A stretch of 64,000 bases of DNA, taken from contig CAVTUQ010000032.1 in NCBI GenBank assembly GCA_963737905.1, forward strand, positions 1 through 64,000, given 5' to 3'. This DNA is from an uncultured delta proteobacterium (GTDB lineage Bacteria > Desulfobacterota > Binatia > UBA9968). The notes below the pieces were generated by a model. It did not search any database. It was not told the origin of the DNA and saw only the letters and a list, made by a program, of their open reading frames with translations. Within the stretch, counting starts at the first letter, position 1. Each line of letters starts with the position of its first letter. This document shows positions 1 through 10,465 of the stretch, piece after piece. The position numbers were made by a program, and so were the translations under genes.

Positions 1-374
1 ATACGCCTGTCATAGGCACGAGATATTCGACCGGCCAATCCCGAGTCCGGTCCTTTGGGCCCCTTGGCGCTAATCTCGACACGAACGTTGCCGTCGGCCT
101 GTGTCCGAACGTCGATTCTCACATTCTGGTCGCCTCTGCTGCCAGTGATTATCCCGTTCACTCGGTCTTCCGAAGCTATTCGGACACCCTCATCTTGCGC
201 CGCGCCGACAGCCGCGCTCCAGGCACGATCGAAGGTGCTGGGAGAGGGCACGTAGGCAGGAACAGGCTCAGAGACGACGCAGCCCGAAAGCACAACCAGC
301 ACGGTCGTGAGAATTATTGCCGGCCAGGCACGATGAAAATGTCGCTTGGGCGATATGCGCGATTTGGATCTCAT
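1..374 (-). CDS. Hypothetical lipoprotein, runs off the left window edge
   Basis: Read by hand, not in the ORF track: MRSKSRISPKRHFHRAWPAIILTTVLVVLSGC-VVSEPVPAY... Basic N-region, hydrophobic core and LSGC lipobox; open to position 1. Confidence 0.7.
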   Translation of the reverse strand, partial: MRSKSRISPKRHFHRAWPAIILTTVLVVLSGCVVSEPVPAYVPSPSTFDRAWSAAVGAAQDEGVRIASEDRVNGIITGSRGDQNVRIDVRTQADGNVRVEISAKGPKGPDSGLAGRISRAYDRR

Positions 375-428
375 TCCGTTAAACTCCTTTCTCCGCGAGA
401 AATTATGGAGCTTACCCCCTTGCTTCTC

Positions 429-815
429 TCACGGGGCGCGTCTGATAGCTTCATTGAGCGTTTCGATTAACAACTCATCATTGAATGGCTTGCGCAGAAA
501 GGCCACCGCACCCGCCTGCAACGCCCGCTCACGTACCCCACTCTGGTCATGGGCAGTGATGAAGATGACTGGAAGAGGGTTATCACTCCGGACTAATAGC
601 TCCTGAACCTCCAGGCCATTCATTCCCGGCATCTGTACATCCAGCACAACACAGTCAGGATGAAACGATGGCACCGTCCCCATATGTTCGATGAACTCGC
701 GACCTGAAGTGAACGTATCGGCGTTCATTCCCAACGAGCGAAGCAACCGACTTATCGCGCGGCAGACGGAGCTATCGTCATCCACAATCGCAATGGTCGG
801 CTTGGTTTTGCTCAT
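429..815 (-). CDS. Single-domain response regulator (receiver only, FixJ-associated type)
   Basis: IAIVDDD, VLDVQMPGMNG, IFITAH and FLRKPF receiver motifs; no output domain. Confidence 0.92.
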   Translation of the reverse strand: MSKTKPTIAIVDDDSSVCRAISRLLRSLGMNADTFTSGREFIEHMGTVPSFHPDCVVLDVQMPGMNGLEVQELLVRSDNPLPVIFITAHDQSGVRERALQAGAVAFLRKPFNDELLIETLNEAIRRAP

Positions 816-878
816 GAGAGTCTCAACCCGGAAATATGGCACCCGGCCCAAATTGACTGACCCTTTGGCGCTGAGGGA

Positions 879-925
879 AATTTAGCGAAGATTCAAAAGG
901 CTGTATATTGGACTTTGGTCCAATA
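879..925 (-). promoter_or_regulatory. Motif B: palindrome TATTGGAC-N4-GTCCAATA plus a conserved -10-like block
   Basis: Perfect 8-4-8 inverted repeat at 906-925 and ATTTAGCGAAGA about 15 bp gene-proximal; recurs at 22731-22777 and 43588-43633. Confidence 0.7.
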
Positions 926-951
926 CGAGGGGAGGGCCGGCGGGCAGACTT

Positions 952-2128
952 CTAAAACATCAACTGCATCAGATCCGACAGAATCTCGTCGAGCGGCATC
1001 TCAAGAAGCAGTGCCGGCAAGAACGGCAGCAGGCTCACGACGATCAAGGCGATCAGGTCCTGAGTATCAATCGGAAAAGGCTTCATTTGATAGACGTTGG
1101 AAACAACTTGATAAAGATCCGTGGTGGCGGAAAAATGCGGCACGTCCAACGCCCCTTCATTGACAGTTTTGCGGTAATCGAGCCACTTTTTTTCCAGTTG
1201 GCTTCCCACCGCTCCCGCCAACCCGCCGTAGTCAATTATGCCGCGGCGCCGCGCTTCGACGAGCTTGCCGCCGAACACCAAGAGCGGCGCCGCGAACAAT
1301 AGAAGGTTTAGGATAACCACGGCGGCAATGACGTAGATGAAGGAGAAAAAAGAGCTGCCCAGGGACAGGACACGATAGGCCACCCCTCCAGCAACGCTCG
1401 TGCTGATAGCGAAGCTCAGCGCGAGAAAGGCGCGCAGGGACAGCCCGACAAATTGCAGCCCGCCGACAAGATCCGGGTGGGCCGCGCACGAGTTGCAGAT
1501 CGAGACGGGAGACCCGAAAAAGAAACAGCCCCCAGATAAGAATCCGCCATAACCAGCCCAGCAGCAGCACCAAAAAGATCGGAGCGCTCACCAGCACGTG
1601 CCACCAACCCGCCCAGGAATAGCCCCTGCCGCCATCACCCGCCTTGTGCCAAAGCGGAATGTCTTGATCCGGAAAGAACCGCATCAAGATTATCATCGCC
1701 AGATAGGCGAGAGCGACAACCAGTACCTCCACCGTGACGGAATCCAGGAGTCTCCGAGCCTGGGCGACTATCCCTTCGAATCGCGGACGGTCCAGAGCGG
1801 TTATAATTCCGGCGTCGATAAAATGGCGGGCGATCTGTCCGAGCCGAAAAATCGTACCTTCCTCCGCCAGAATAAAAAGCGGTGCAACAATCAGATACCG
1901 AGAGACAGCAGTCAAATCGCCAATCAACGAGCCTAGCTTATTTTCTCCCAGCGCCAGGCTCTCGATCGCCGAGATGATGAAAAGCGGTGCCCAAGCGATC
2001 AGTGCGGTAAGAACCGCCCGTCGGACGGTCCTGCGTTCATTCGGCTTGATCAGACCCAGGGACTTCTCCAACCTGAGCGGCGGGCCGCCGTCGAAGATTT
2101 CAGCGTCGGCGCGATTTGTCTCAGCCAT
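952..2128 (-). CDS. Conserved hypothetical multi-pass membrane protein, one frameshift near 1485
   Basis: MAETNRADAEIFDGGPP... from ORF 1232..2443 continues after a frame change as HPDLVGGLQF... into ORF 952..1383; many TM segments. Confidence 0.75.
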
Positions 2129-2139
2129 TTTCAGTAAAT

Positions 2140-2523
2140 CTATTGTCGGAGAAATACCGCGAGCAACGCTATGATCCCGAGGAGAGAGACCAGAAGAGCC
2201 ACCGCGGCAGCCAACGAATAGGGAAGTTCGGGGTCCTGCGCTCTTAACTTGTGCATTACTATCACGTGCTGGATAGTGGCCAGCAATACCGCCACTACCC
2301 CGATGCTGATCATGATAATCCCGAACTCCCGCGCGCCGATCGGGCCACCGGTTTGGGCGACTTGCTCCGCCTTGTGGAATTCCGCGAAGAACTTGTAGAT
2401 GGTGAAGCCGAAGGTGATCAGTGACGTCCCGGTCCTCACCCAAGCCATCAATGTGCGTTCATAGGCAAGGCGTGTGCGGTCGTAGGCCAGCTTTGTGGAA
2501 GCATCCAAGGTGATATTTGCCAT
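2140..2523 (-). CDS. DUF202 / YidH-family inner membrane protein
   Basis: RTRLAYERTLMAWVRTGTSLITFGF signature; 3 TM helices. Confidence 0.9.
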   Translation of the reverse strand: MANITLDASTKLAYDRTRLAYERTLMAWVRTGTSLITFGFTIYKFFAEFHKAEQVAQTGGPIGAREFGIIMISIGVVAVLLATIQHVIVMHKLRAQDPELPYSLAAAVALLVSLLGIIALLAVFLRQ

Positions 2524-2654
2524 CAAAACCTCTGGAAAGAATGGATTGTTGTATTACTGGACTATTGGAATATTCGACTACTGAGTTTCATTTACACTAC
2601 CCTGCGACTCCACCACTCGCCTATTGTGATTTCTCCACGCCGTAACCGGGTCTC

Positions 2655-2697
2655 TTCAACGATTTGAACGTTTTGAACGACTTGAACGGTTTGAACG
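2655..2697. repeat. 9-nt tandem repeat (TTGAACGNN) x5
   Basis: ttcaacgat ttgaacgtt ttgaacgac ttgaacggt ttgaacg. Confidence 0.85.
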
Positions 2698-2705
2698 TCT
2701 TCGAG

Positions 2706-3125
2706 TCATGGACCCACATGAGTCTGCTGGTCTTTCGTGCGGCCCTGTGATGCTTGCCACGGCCAGCGCTCTTCGATTTCGAGCACCAGGGACCAGCTAA
2801 GGAAAGTCCGAATCAACACGAGCAACCCAAGAACGAGCACGTTGGACAACGTCGGCTCCAGCACGACGGTGCGGATAATGTCAGCCGCCACCAAAATTTC
2901 TAGGCCCAACAGCAAAGCGCGGCCGACGCGGTGGCGAAAGTCGGTGTAGGTAGTCTTGTCGGCCTGTCGCGCCAGGATCTTCGTCGAATACGATATCGTG
3001 GCGAAGACGATCACCCCAACGATGACCACCACGGCGAGTACCTCGATCCCCGTGGCAGCATATGCCACCCACTGCAGCATTCCTTCAAGGGGAACGTCCC
3101 GGGTCGGTGTTAGCGTACCTTCCAT
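2706..3125 (-). CDS. DUF1622 membrane protein
   Basis: GRALLLGLEILVAADIIRTV...VLIRTFLSWSL signature. Confidence 0.9.
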   Translation of the reverse strand: MEGTLTPTRDVPLEGMLQWVAYAATGIEVLAVVVIVGVIVFATISYSTKILARQADKTTYTDFRHRVGRALLLGLEILVAADIIRTVVLEPTLSNVLVLGLLVLIRTFLSWSLVLEIEERWPWQASQGRTKDQQTHVGP

Positions 3126-3213
3126 GATCGCCTCTGCTTCATCCACCCGCAATCATTTCGAGCTTTGCCACTCCGTCCCTCTAGGGCACCCCGAAACAGC
3201 ACGGCAGCGCTTT

Positions 3214-3500
3214 GTCATTTCGACCCCTTCGGCCAGCTCAGGGTAAACTCTGGGAGAAATCTCTCTTAGATCCCTCGCATTCGCCAGACTATGTGAAAAC
3301 GGTCTGGGAGTGCTTCGACAAAGCTCAGCACGAACGGTCACGAACGTTATTTCATTTAGTTAACCGTTCGCCCTGAGGCCCTCGAAGGGCTCCTGTCGAG
3401 TTCTCACACAGTCTGTCGCTCGGGATGACGGGCCTTGCCCGTCACTTGGCGCCCCCTTCGACGTTGCTCAGGACATGCTTTGCGCCTTTGCGGGAGGCAA
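3214..3500. repeat. Composite of nested REP-like palindromic repeats
   Basis: Outer pair GTCATTTCGAC...GGGAGAAATCT / AGATCCCTCGCATTCG..CTCGGGATGAC; CTTCGAC-N-GCTCAG units near 3225, 3313 and 3455. Confidence 0.75.
3285..3415. mobile_element. 131-bp MITE with IS1182-like terminal inverted repeats and 4-bp TCGC target duplication
   Basis: Ends CAGACTATGTGAAAAC / GTTCTCACACAGTCTG (14/16 inverted match); TCGC at 3281-3284 and 3416-3419. IS family assignment is from recalled end sequence. Confidence 0.65.
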
Positions 3501-3546
3501 ATTCTTCTCCGTTTTCTCGCACCAAGTACGTTAAGACCGGAACGTG

Positions 3547-4530
3547 TTACTTGCTCACCCTAACGATGCAGCGAAAGCCGAGATGGCAGGTGGATGTGTC
3601 GATGGGCTGGGCCATGCGTGCCGCTGGACGATAGCGCCGGCAGTAGTTCGGCGCGCACAAATGCGAGCCGCCTTTCATTACTTTGCGTGGGATCTTGATA
3701 TCCGTCATGTTGGGATCGTAGCTTTTGTCTCGTTCTCCACCTCTTGGGTTGAAGCTCGCGCAGCAGGATTGCGGAATTTCTTTGTGCTCCTGATACCAAT
3801 CCGTGGTCCATTCCCATACGTTGCCGGCCATCTCGTAGAGCCCGTAGCCGTTGGCCGGAAAACTTCCCACCGGTGCGGTTCCCTCGAAACCATCCTCTTT
3901 GAGATTCTGCCAGGGAAACTCACCTTGCCAGGTATTCGCCATGTGCTTTCCGTCAGGAGTGAATGCATCGCCCCAAACGAACTCGGCACCGTTTAATCCT
4001 CCGCGCGCGGCGAACTCCCACTCGGCTTCCGTCGGCAACTCTTTGCCGATCCACTTGGCGTACGCCTCGACGTCTTCGTAAGCGACGTGCACCACCGGGT
4101 GTTTTGCTTTTCCCTTCAAAGAACTTGCCGGTCCCTCCGGATGCCGCCAATTAGCGCCGGGAACGTAGATCCACCAGTTGTAGCAGTCTCGCAGATCGAC
4201 CCGCTGGCGCGGTTTATTGAAAACGACGGAAGCAGGCACGAGCAACTCCGGCTTCGCGCCGGGGTAGTCCTCAGCTTTAGGCGCGCGTTCAGCGGACGTC
4301 ACATGCTTGGTCGCTTCGACGAATTTGCGAAATTCTTCGTTGGTCACCGTGTGATGATCCATCCAGAAGCCCTCGACGGTCACTTCGTGCGCCGGCGCTT
4401 CTTCCGGATAGTGTTTGTCCGATCCCATGAGAAACGTACCGCCCGGAATCCAGACCATGTTCTCAAACGGCGGCTTACCCACTTCCGACTGTGGCTCTTT
4501 AGCCGAAGTCATGGTCATGTTATCGCTCAT
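3547..4530 (-). CDS. Formylglycine-generating enzyme (FGE/SUMF1), sulfatase maturase
   Basis: LPTEAEWEFAARGG, NGYGLYEMAGNVWEW, KGGSHLCAPNYCRRYRPAAR, HLGFRC; lies directly downstream of a sulfatase. Confidence 0.95.
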   Translation of the reverse strand: MSDNMTMTSAKEPQSEVGKPPFENMVWIPGGTFLMGSDKHYPEEAPAHEVTVEGFWMDHHTVTNEEFRKFVEATKHVTSAERAPKAEDYPGAKPELLVPASVVFNKPRQRVDLRDCYNWWIYVPGANWRHPEGPASSLKGKAKHPVVHVAYEDVEAYAKWIGKELPTEAEWEFAARGGLNGAEFVWGDAFTPDGKHMANTWQGEFPWQNLKEDGFEGTAPVGSFPANGYGLYEMAGNVWEWTTDWYQEHKEIPQSCCASFNPRGGERDKSYDPNMTDIKIPRKVMKGGSHLCAPNYCRRYRPAARMAQPIDTSTCHLGFRCIVRVSK

Positions 4531-4689
4531 AACTTCTCCCTCTCTCTCTTTTGTCTAAACTTAGCGTTCTTTGCGTCTTTGCGGGAGCTCATCTTCGGAC
4601 CCATTCTTCCACCAAGCATGTCCTGAGCAATGTCGAAGGGTCGCTAGGCTCTCAAAGTCCCCACCCCATTTTTCTTAGCGGGAGCCCAA

Positions 4690-6236
4690 TTACCCCACAC
4701 CGTGCGCCGGTTCGGTGAGTTTCTCCATGACCTGATCGATCGAGAAGCTCGCCGCCTTCTGGCGCGGCGGGAATTCTTTGAAAGTAGACAGAAATTGCCC
4801 GACAATTTGCTGTGCCGGCACGAAAGGTAAGCATGGTCGAGCAGCCAGTCATAATAGGTATTCGACGTAATGTCGGCCCTCTCGTAGGGATCGGTTCGCA
4901 GGTTGAAAATTTTCGGCACGCGCAGCGGCACGAACGGCTCAGACCAGATTCGCAAAGTTCCGGTCGCGCGCTGCTCCATAAACACGATCTTCCAGTTGTC
5001 GTAACGGAAAGCCGTCAGATCGCCGTCGTCGGAGAAATAGAAGTACTCTATGCGCGGGCTTTTCTTTTCCTGGCCCGTCAGATACGGCAACAGATTGTAA
5101 CCGTCCAGATGTACTTTGAAGGTCTTGTCGCCTACCTTGTGGCCCTCCTTGAGTTTCTCCTTGATATCGGGATCGCCGGCAATAGCAAGCAACGTCGGCA
5201 ACCAGTCGATATGCGAAACGATCTCGTTGGAGACCGAGCCCGCCTTGATCTTCCCCGGCCAGCGCACCATTGCCGGGACGCGATAGGCGCCCTCCCAGTT
5301 CGAGTTCTTCTCGTTGCGGAACGGTGTCATGCCGGCGTCGGGCCAGGAGTTCATGTGCGGCCCGTTGTCGGTGCTGTACATGACAAACGTATCCTCCGCG
5401 ATTTTTAGATCGTCGAGCAATTTCAGTAACTCGCCGACATGTTTGTCGTGATCGATCATGACGTCGTGATATTCAGATTGCCACCGCCCCGACTGGCCCC
5501 GGCTTCTGGGCTTCGCGTGGGTACGGAAGTGCATGTGCGAAGTGTTGAACCATAAGAAGAACGGTTTCTTGCTCTTGTTGGCTCTGGTGATGAAATCCTT
5601 CGCTGCCGCGAGGAATTCCTCGTCCACGGTTTCCATCCGCTTTTTCGTCAGCGGGCCCGTGTTCTCGATCTTCTGCTTCCCGTTGGGCCGCGCCCAGCAG
5701 TGGAGCACGCCGCGGGGCGCGTAGTTCTTTTTAAAATTGGGAAAGTCTTTCTCCGGCGGATAGTCGCGCAGTTCCGGTTCTTCTTCGGCATTGAGGTGAT
5801 ACAGGTTGCCGAAGAACTCGTCGAAGCCATGCATGGTCGGTAGATGTTCGTCCCGGTCGCCCAAGTGGTTCTTGCCGAACTGACCGGTCACGTAACCGTG
5901 TGGTTTTAACAGTTCCGCGATCGTCGGATCTTCTGCCTGCATGCCCGCCGCGGCGCCCGGCAAGCCAACCTTGCTCAGACCCGAGCGGAATACGCTCTGG
6001 CCCATGATGAAAGCCGCCCGGCCCGCCGTGCAGCTTTGCTCGGCGTAATAATCGGTGAAGAGCATCCCCTCGTTGGCGATCCGATCGATGTTGGGCGTGC
6101 GGTAGCCCATCATACCTTTGGTGAAGCAACTTAGATTCGACTGGCCGATATCATCCCCCCAGATGATAAGAATATTCGGCTTGCCTGACCCACTGCCGAC
6201 AGCTTTTTTTTCTGCCGATGTATCGCGCTTTGCCAT
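4690..6236 (-). CDS. Arylsulfatase 1 (Cys-type), frameshift near 4830
   Basis: KPNILIIWGDDIG, SCTAGR, GKNHLG, TDNG, WEGAYRVP. The true C-terminus ...FKEFPPRQKAASFSIDQVMEKL... is in a shifted frame ending at 4690. Confidence 0.92.
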
Positions 6237-6399
6237 TGGACCCCCTTCGGTGTTTGTTAATTTGAACTTCGCTGACTGTGTTCAGTTTCGATTTTGCTCA
6301 GAAAAAATTCGACTATTGCAGTAGTTGAGGGTATTTGTCGTGAATGCAACCAGTTTACACGAGTCTACTGAAGAAAAACTCTGTCACAGATCGGGCCAT

Positions 6400-6427
6400 C
6401 CCTGATTTTCTGCTTCGAAATTCCTGA
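6400..6427 (-). promoter_or_regulatory. Motif A operator-like site upstream of arylsulfatase 1
   Basis: CCCTGATTTTCTGCTTCGAAATTCCTGA; a TAAACT hexamer lies on the minus strand at 6352-6357. Confidence 0.65.
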
Positions 6428-6546
6428 CGCGAAGCAAATGAACGAATCTTTGAATGGGTCGAGAACAGATGACGACGATACTCGAAAATCTGACAACTTG
6501 CGCACATTTTCCCATGGCTATTTGATCGTATCGATCCAGAAGGGAA

Positions 6547-6635
6547 CTCACCGCGGAGGCGCGGAGGGCGCAGAGTAAAGAGTTCTTCATCAAGAAATAC
6601 TCCGATCTCTGTGAACTCCGCGTCTCTGCGGTGAA
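6547..6635. repeat. ~90-bp hairpin MITE-like element, copy 1
   Basis: CACCGCGGAGGCGCGGAGGGCGCAGAG ... CTCTGTGAACTCCGCGTCTCTGCGGTG; reverse-complement homolog at 43741-43868. Confidence 0.8.
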
Positions 6636-6744
6636 GTAAGGCTTGCTGTTTTGGTTCCGGCTCTTCCGCGCCGGGTGCTTCGTGGGAAAATCTGTTTTTC
6701 TCTTCGCAGCGCGCTGTCAACGACCGATGGAGTTCCACTATTTA

Positions 6745-7335
6745 CTATCGGTGTGCTCCCACCGGCGTTCCCCCTGGCGCCAACCGGCCTGCGAGTCCCT
6801 TGAGACGGAAGCCCAGCGCGAGCAGCAGGATGCCGAAGAAAATAGCGAAGCTGCCAATCAACCAAATCACTGCGAGGGCGCCGGGTCCGGGTTGCAGAAA
6901 CAGCAAGACGCCGAAGAGAATTGATACCAAGCCGGAAAGCGCGAGCAGCCACTCGTTCTCGATATGTTTGCGCAACCGGATGGCCGCAGCGATCTCGAAA
7001 ACACCCATCAGCACCGCCCAGGACGCAATGAACAACAAGAGGACCAGCGCCGTCATACCGGGCCAGAGGAACGTTACGACTCCGGCGGCAATGCCGAGAA
7101 TGCCGACCACGATGAGCGACGCCATCGGTTTGCCTTCCTCATGCATCGTGAAGGCCGCTATCAAGGCCATCACGCCATCGGCGATCGCGTACACGCCCCA
7201 CACGAGGACGAGCGCCGCCAACGTAATGCCTGGCCAGATGAACGCGAAGATTCCGAACAGTACGGCAAAGACTCCGCGCAGCACGATCCAATGCCACGCA
7301 CGAGCCAAATTCGTCAGCATAGGTCCAGCAGCCAT
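6745..7335 (-). CDS. HdeD-family (DUF308) membrane protein
   Basis: WHWIVLRGVFAVLFGIFAFIWPGITL... repeated DUF308 units, about 6 TM. Confidence 0.9.
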   Translation of the reverse strand: MAAGPMLTNLARAWHWIVLRGVFAVLFGIFAFIWPGITLAALVLVWGVYAIADGVMALIAAFTMHEEGKPMASLIVVGILGIAAGVVTFLWPGMTALVLLLFIASWAVLMGVFEIAAAIRLRKHIENEWLLALSGLVSILFGVLLFLQPGPGALAVIWLIGSFAIFFGILLLALGFRLKGLAGRLAPGGTPVGAHR

Positions 7336-7549
7336 ATTTCCTCCTTTGTGCCGCGACTGTTTACCCGCATCGAATGCGGCGTGTTCGGTGCGTAGGGACG
7401 GATCCGCAGATATTCTTTCAAACGCATCTGCCAACCCGTCCGGTGGCGTTAGAACGAGATCTTTTTACTCATATTAGCTAGCTCCAGAAATTCGGGCCCC
7501 TCAGCTCTCTAAAAAGCCGGTCAGATTCGCCTAGGGAAACCACGCTCTC

Positions 7550-7765
7550 CTACTTCGTCGCTTCCTTTGCCTTGTCGGCAGCCTCTTTGGCAGTGTCCTT
7601 TATGCTATCCGCGGTTTTTTCCATTGCTTGGCCGGTTTTTTCTGCGGCCTTGTCGACTTCCTTTCCCATCTTCTCCGCCGGCCCTTCTTTCTCACAGGCA
7701 ACCAGGGTTAGACCCAATAGAACCGCACTGAATGCCAGAGAAATTTTTCTAAAGCTGATCATCAT
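7550..7765 (-). CDS. Small lipoprotein with Lys/Ala/Glu-rich amphipathic helix
   Basis: LVAC lipobox, then EKEGPAEKMGKEVDKAAEK. Confidence 0.85.
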   Translation of the reverse strand: MMISFRKISLAFSAVLLGLTLVACEKEGPAEKMGKEVDKAAEKTGQAMEKTADSIKDTAKEAADKAKEATK

Positions 7766-7860
7766 CCTTCTCCCCCTTTTTATGCCTTGTTACGCCACTC
7801 GTATCATCAACTGTCTGTCAGTGTCTACTCCAGAACCAGCTTCGCACCCTATACAAACTT

Positions 7861-7888
7861 CCATGATTTCAGGCTTCGAAGACCTTGA
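7861..7888 (-). promoter_or_regulatory. Motif A site upstream of the small lipoprotein
   Basis: CCATGATTTCAGGCTTCGAAGACCTTGA. Confidence 0.55.
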
Positions 7889-7923
7889 GAGCCGAACGCA
7901 CCATCCCGATCCGCATCGCGGCT

Positions 7924-9849
7924 CTAGCGATTGTCCGTTGCGCCGCAGACGCCCTCCGAGCGGCAGGCATCTTCTCCATGCAGGTATAGGATCCGGCGTA
8001 CCTCGGCGATAGCGAGCGGGTGACCCTGCACTGAGTGTCCGGAATGAATCACCACCTCCGACTGTGCCTCGTCCAGATGAGCGCTTTCATATTTGACGAT
8101 GCCGTCGTCGTCCTCCGTGAGCGGTTTGTCGCCGCTCACCGCGATGATCGAGTGGGTCGCTACCCCCGGCTCGACGGGAGTCGAGGCCAGAGCTTTAACA
8201 AACGGGTTGCCAGGTGTCATATCGTTGATACTCCGCGGCAGGCCGCCGATGGACAGTGTCACCACACCCGGGTTGCCCGTGACCAGATCCTTCATGACAT
8301 CAACAAAGCCCTTGGGCAGACTCGCAAAGCCAGCCACCTGATGAGCTATCCAACTTCCCGCCTCATAGCTCCCGCGTTGCGGCGTCGCAATGAAGATAAT
8401 CCGGCGCACGAACGGAAGCGGCTGGAGAAAAAGAGTGCGCCGGAGCTGCTCCCGGGTATCGTTCCGAAGGATAAGATCATCGAGGGGTCGTTGACTTACC
8501 GTATCCCAGAGGCGCGTCCCCGAGTCGATGGCTGTCATCTTGGCGAGCAATCCTCCCTGACTGTGTCCAATGATCACCATTTGCCGCAGCGCTGTGTCGG
8601 TCCCGTCGGGATCGAGCTGGTCGACAATGTACCGTAGAGACGTTCGCAGCACATCGGCCGAGTACGTAATCGGATTTCCCGTGTCGTAGTAGAAAAACCA
8701 GAACTGGAAGCGGGTCCGCAGCCACGGGTCGTTTTCCAGGGAGTTCATCATGTCGGCCCAGCGGCCGGGACCGGAGGCGGTTCCATGTACGAAGACCACC
8801 GGAATCCGGCCGCGCCGGTACGGCTGCATGAACAGCAGTTGCGCGCGCGCCTCGCCGGCTTTGGTTGCCACCACGAGACCTTTCAGCATGTCGCCGACCA
8901 GGAATCCGCGCAATTCCCAGTCCCATATCGCGGATTCACTTAGCGTATAAGCAAAAGCAGCCGATGGCTCAACCTCCAGGGGAACGCGCTGCTTGTCGAT
9001 TTCGACGAAATCAGTTGTATAACCGTCGTAAATCTCAAGGGCTGCGGAGATACGGCCCGCCGCCAGCGACCGACGGGGATCATCGAGACGAAGGAAAGCG
9101 GTCACCGGTACCTTGGTACCGCGGCCAACGAAGTCGCGTACTTTGGCGTCGGCCGCAAAAGCCACCGTGCTCGCCGCTAGAGGCGCTCCGATCCCCGTTC
9201 GCCGGTACCGCTCGCGCAGCCCCTGTACGTCGAGCTCCGCTACCGGAACGAAATTCACGAGCCTCCGATCACCCCAACGGAGCCATTTTGGATCGAGCTC
9301 CACCGTTAGTTCGCCGAAAGGAAGGGCCCACGTTCCTCTACGCAGTTCGATAACCGAACGGTCAGCCGAGGCGAATCCGGAGGTCAGGCCGCGGTTGTAT
9401 AGATCAGCCGCCACTCTCAGCCGCCGGTCTACAGGATAGAGCGGCTCGGCTGCGCCCTCTGGAAAGAGCAGAGCATAGGCATAGACCGCCGCCGCCAGGT
9501 AATAATCTTGCTTGCCGGTCTGTTCGGCATGCAGGAAAGACAACTCGGCAAGGGCGAAAAGCTCGTCTCTGCCGGCGTGCCCGCCGATGAGCTCGGCATG
9601 CAGTTGAGCCAGCGCTCCCTCTGGATCCGACTCGAAGCGCTCCGTTAGGTCCCAGCGATCGAGAACAATGCGGCTGGCGCCGCTCTCTTCTCCCACGGTC
9701 AGCACGTTGGCAGTAAGCTCGCGGTGAACAGTGCGGGGATCGACCCGCTCGACGGTGACCGGTGCTGAACAAGTGGCCAGCAAGAACGGCAGGAAGCAAA
9801 CCAGGCCGAGAAGCAGTCTCCGTCGGTTCATCATTACTCTGGCTCGCAT
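7924..9849 (-). CDS. Alpha/beta hydrolase (lipase/esterase-like) lipoprotein
   Basis: PVVFVHG, GHSQGG nucleophile elbow, ATPQRGS, DDGIV, HSGHS; N-terminal LATC lipobox-like signal. Start uncertain. Confidence 0.85.
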   Translation of the reverse strand: MRARVMMNRRRLLLGLVCFLPFLLATCSAPVTVERVDPRTVHRELTANVLTVGEESGASRIVLDRWDLTERFESDPEGALAQLHAELIGGHAGRDELFALAELSFLHAEQTGKQDYYLAAAVYAYALLFPEGAAEPLYPVDRRLRVAADLYNRGLTSGFASADRSVIELRRGTWALPFGELTVELDPKWLRWGDRRLVNFVPVAELDVQGLRERYRRTGIGAPLAASTVAFAADAKVRDFVGRGTKVPVTAFLRLDDPRRSLAAGRISAALEIYDGYTTDFVEIDKQRVPLEVEPSAAFAYTLSESAIWDWELRGFLVGDMLKGLVVATKAGEARAQLLFMQPYRRGRIPVVFVHGTASGPGRWADMMNSLENDPWLRTRFQFWFFYYDTGNPITYSADVLRTSLRYIVDQLDPDGTDTALRQMVIIGHSQGGLLAKMTAIDSGTRLWDTVSQRPLDDLILRNDTREQLRRTLFLQPLPFVRRIIFIATPQRGSYEAGSWIAHQVAGFASLPKGFVDVMKDLVTGNPGVVTLSIGGLPRSINDMTPGNPFVKALASTPVEPGVATHSIIAVSGDKPLTEDDDGIVKYESAHLDEAQSEVVIHSGHSVQGHPLAIAEVRRILYLHGEDACRSEGVCGATDNR

Positions 9850-9958
9850 AGTAGACGCGTCCAAAAGATCATAAACACCACTGATTGGCTACTGATAGTG
9901 TTCCTGACTGGCACACAGCTATCGTCATTTATCATGACCAATGACAACAGACAAAAGC

Positions 9959-10465
9959 TCATATCTTTCCGTCGCAGCCGCCGAACCGAATCGTGACCGA
10001 ACCGTCCGCATCCTTCTTCGCCGTGATGTTGTTGAGTGAATAGGCGTCCTGATCGTTCTTCACGAGATAGCCTTCGGCGTTGTAGAGGGTGATCGACCAG
10101 AAGCCGTCGACGGGGACATCCTTTACCTTGAGCTTGTAAAAGGTCTTGCCATCGTTCTTGCTCGGCGTGACGTTGAGATAAATGGCGTCCTTGTCGGGGT
10201 TGAGCCCCCAGCCCGTCGCGGTGACGATCAGATGTCTGACCGGATCGACCTCACCCCTGCGACCCGCGGCTTGGCGCCAATCAGGGATGGTCTCGCCGAG
10301 AGTCGTGAGAGCATCGCGCACCTTTTTATGGTTTGCCGGGTCCCAGTTGGGTACCTCGAATTTGCCAAGACCGCCGGGTTGCTCGACCTTGACGGCGTCC
10401 TGAAGGGCATGCACCCGCTCGACATCCTTCGGATCGTTCGGATCGACCAGGATACGGATCGCCGC
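9959..10465 (-). pseudogene. DUF1214 (DUF1254/DUF1214) gene fragment, truncated at both ends
   Basis: GWGLNPDKDAIYLN, DVPVDGFWSITLYN, KKDADGSVTIRFGGC; joined abruptly to a different DUF1214 gene near 10465. Confidence 0.75.
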
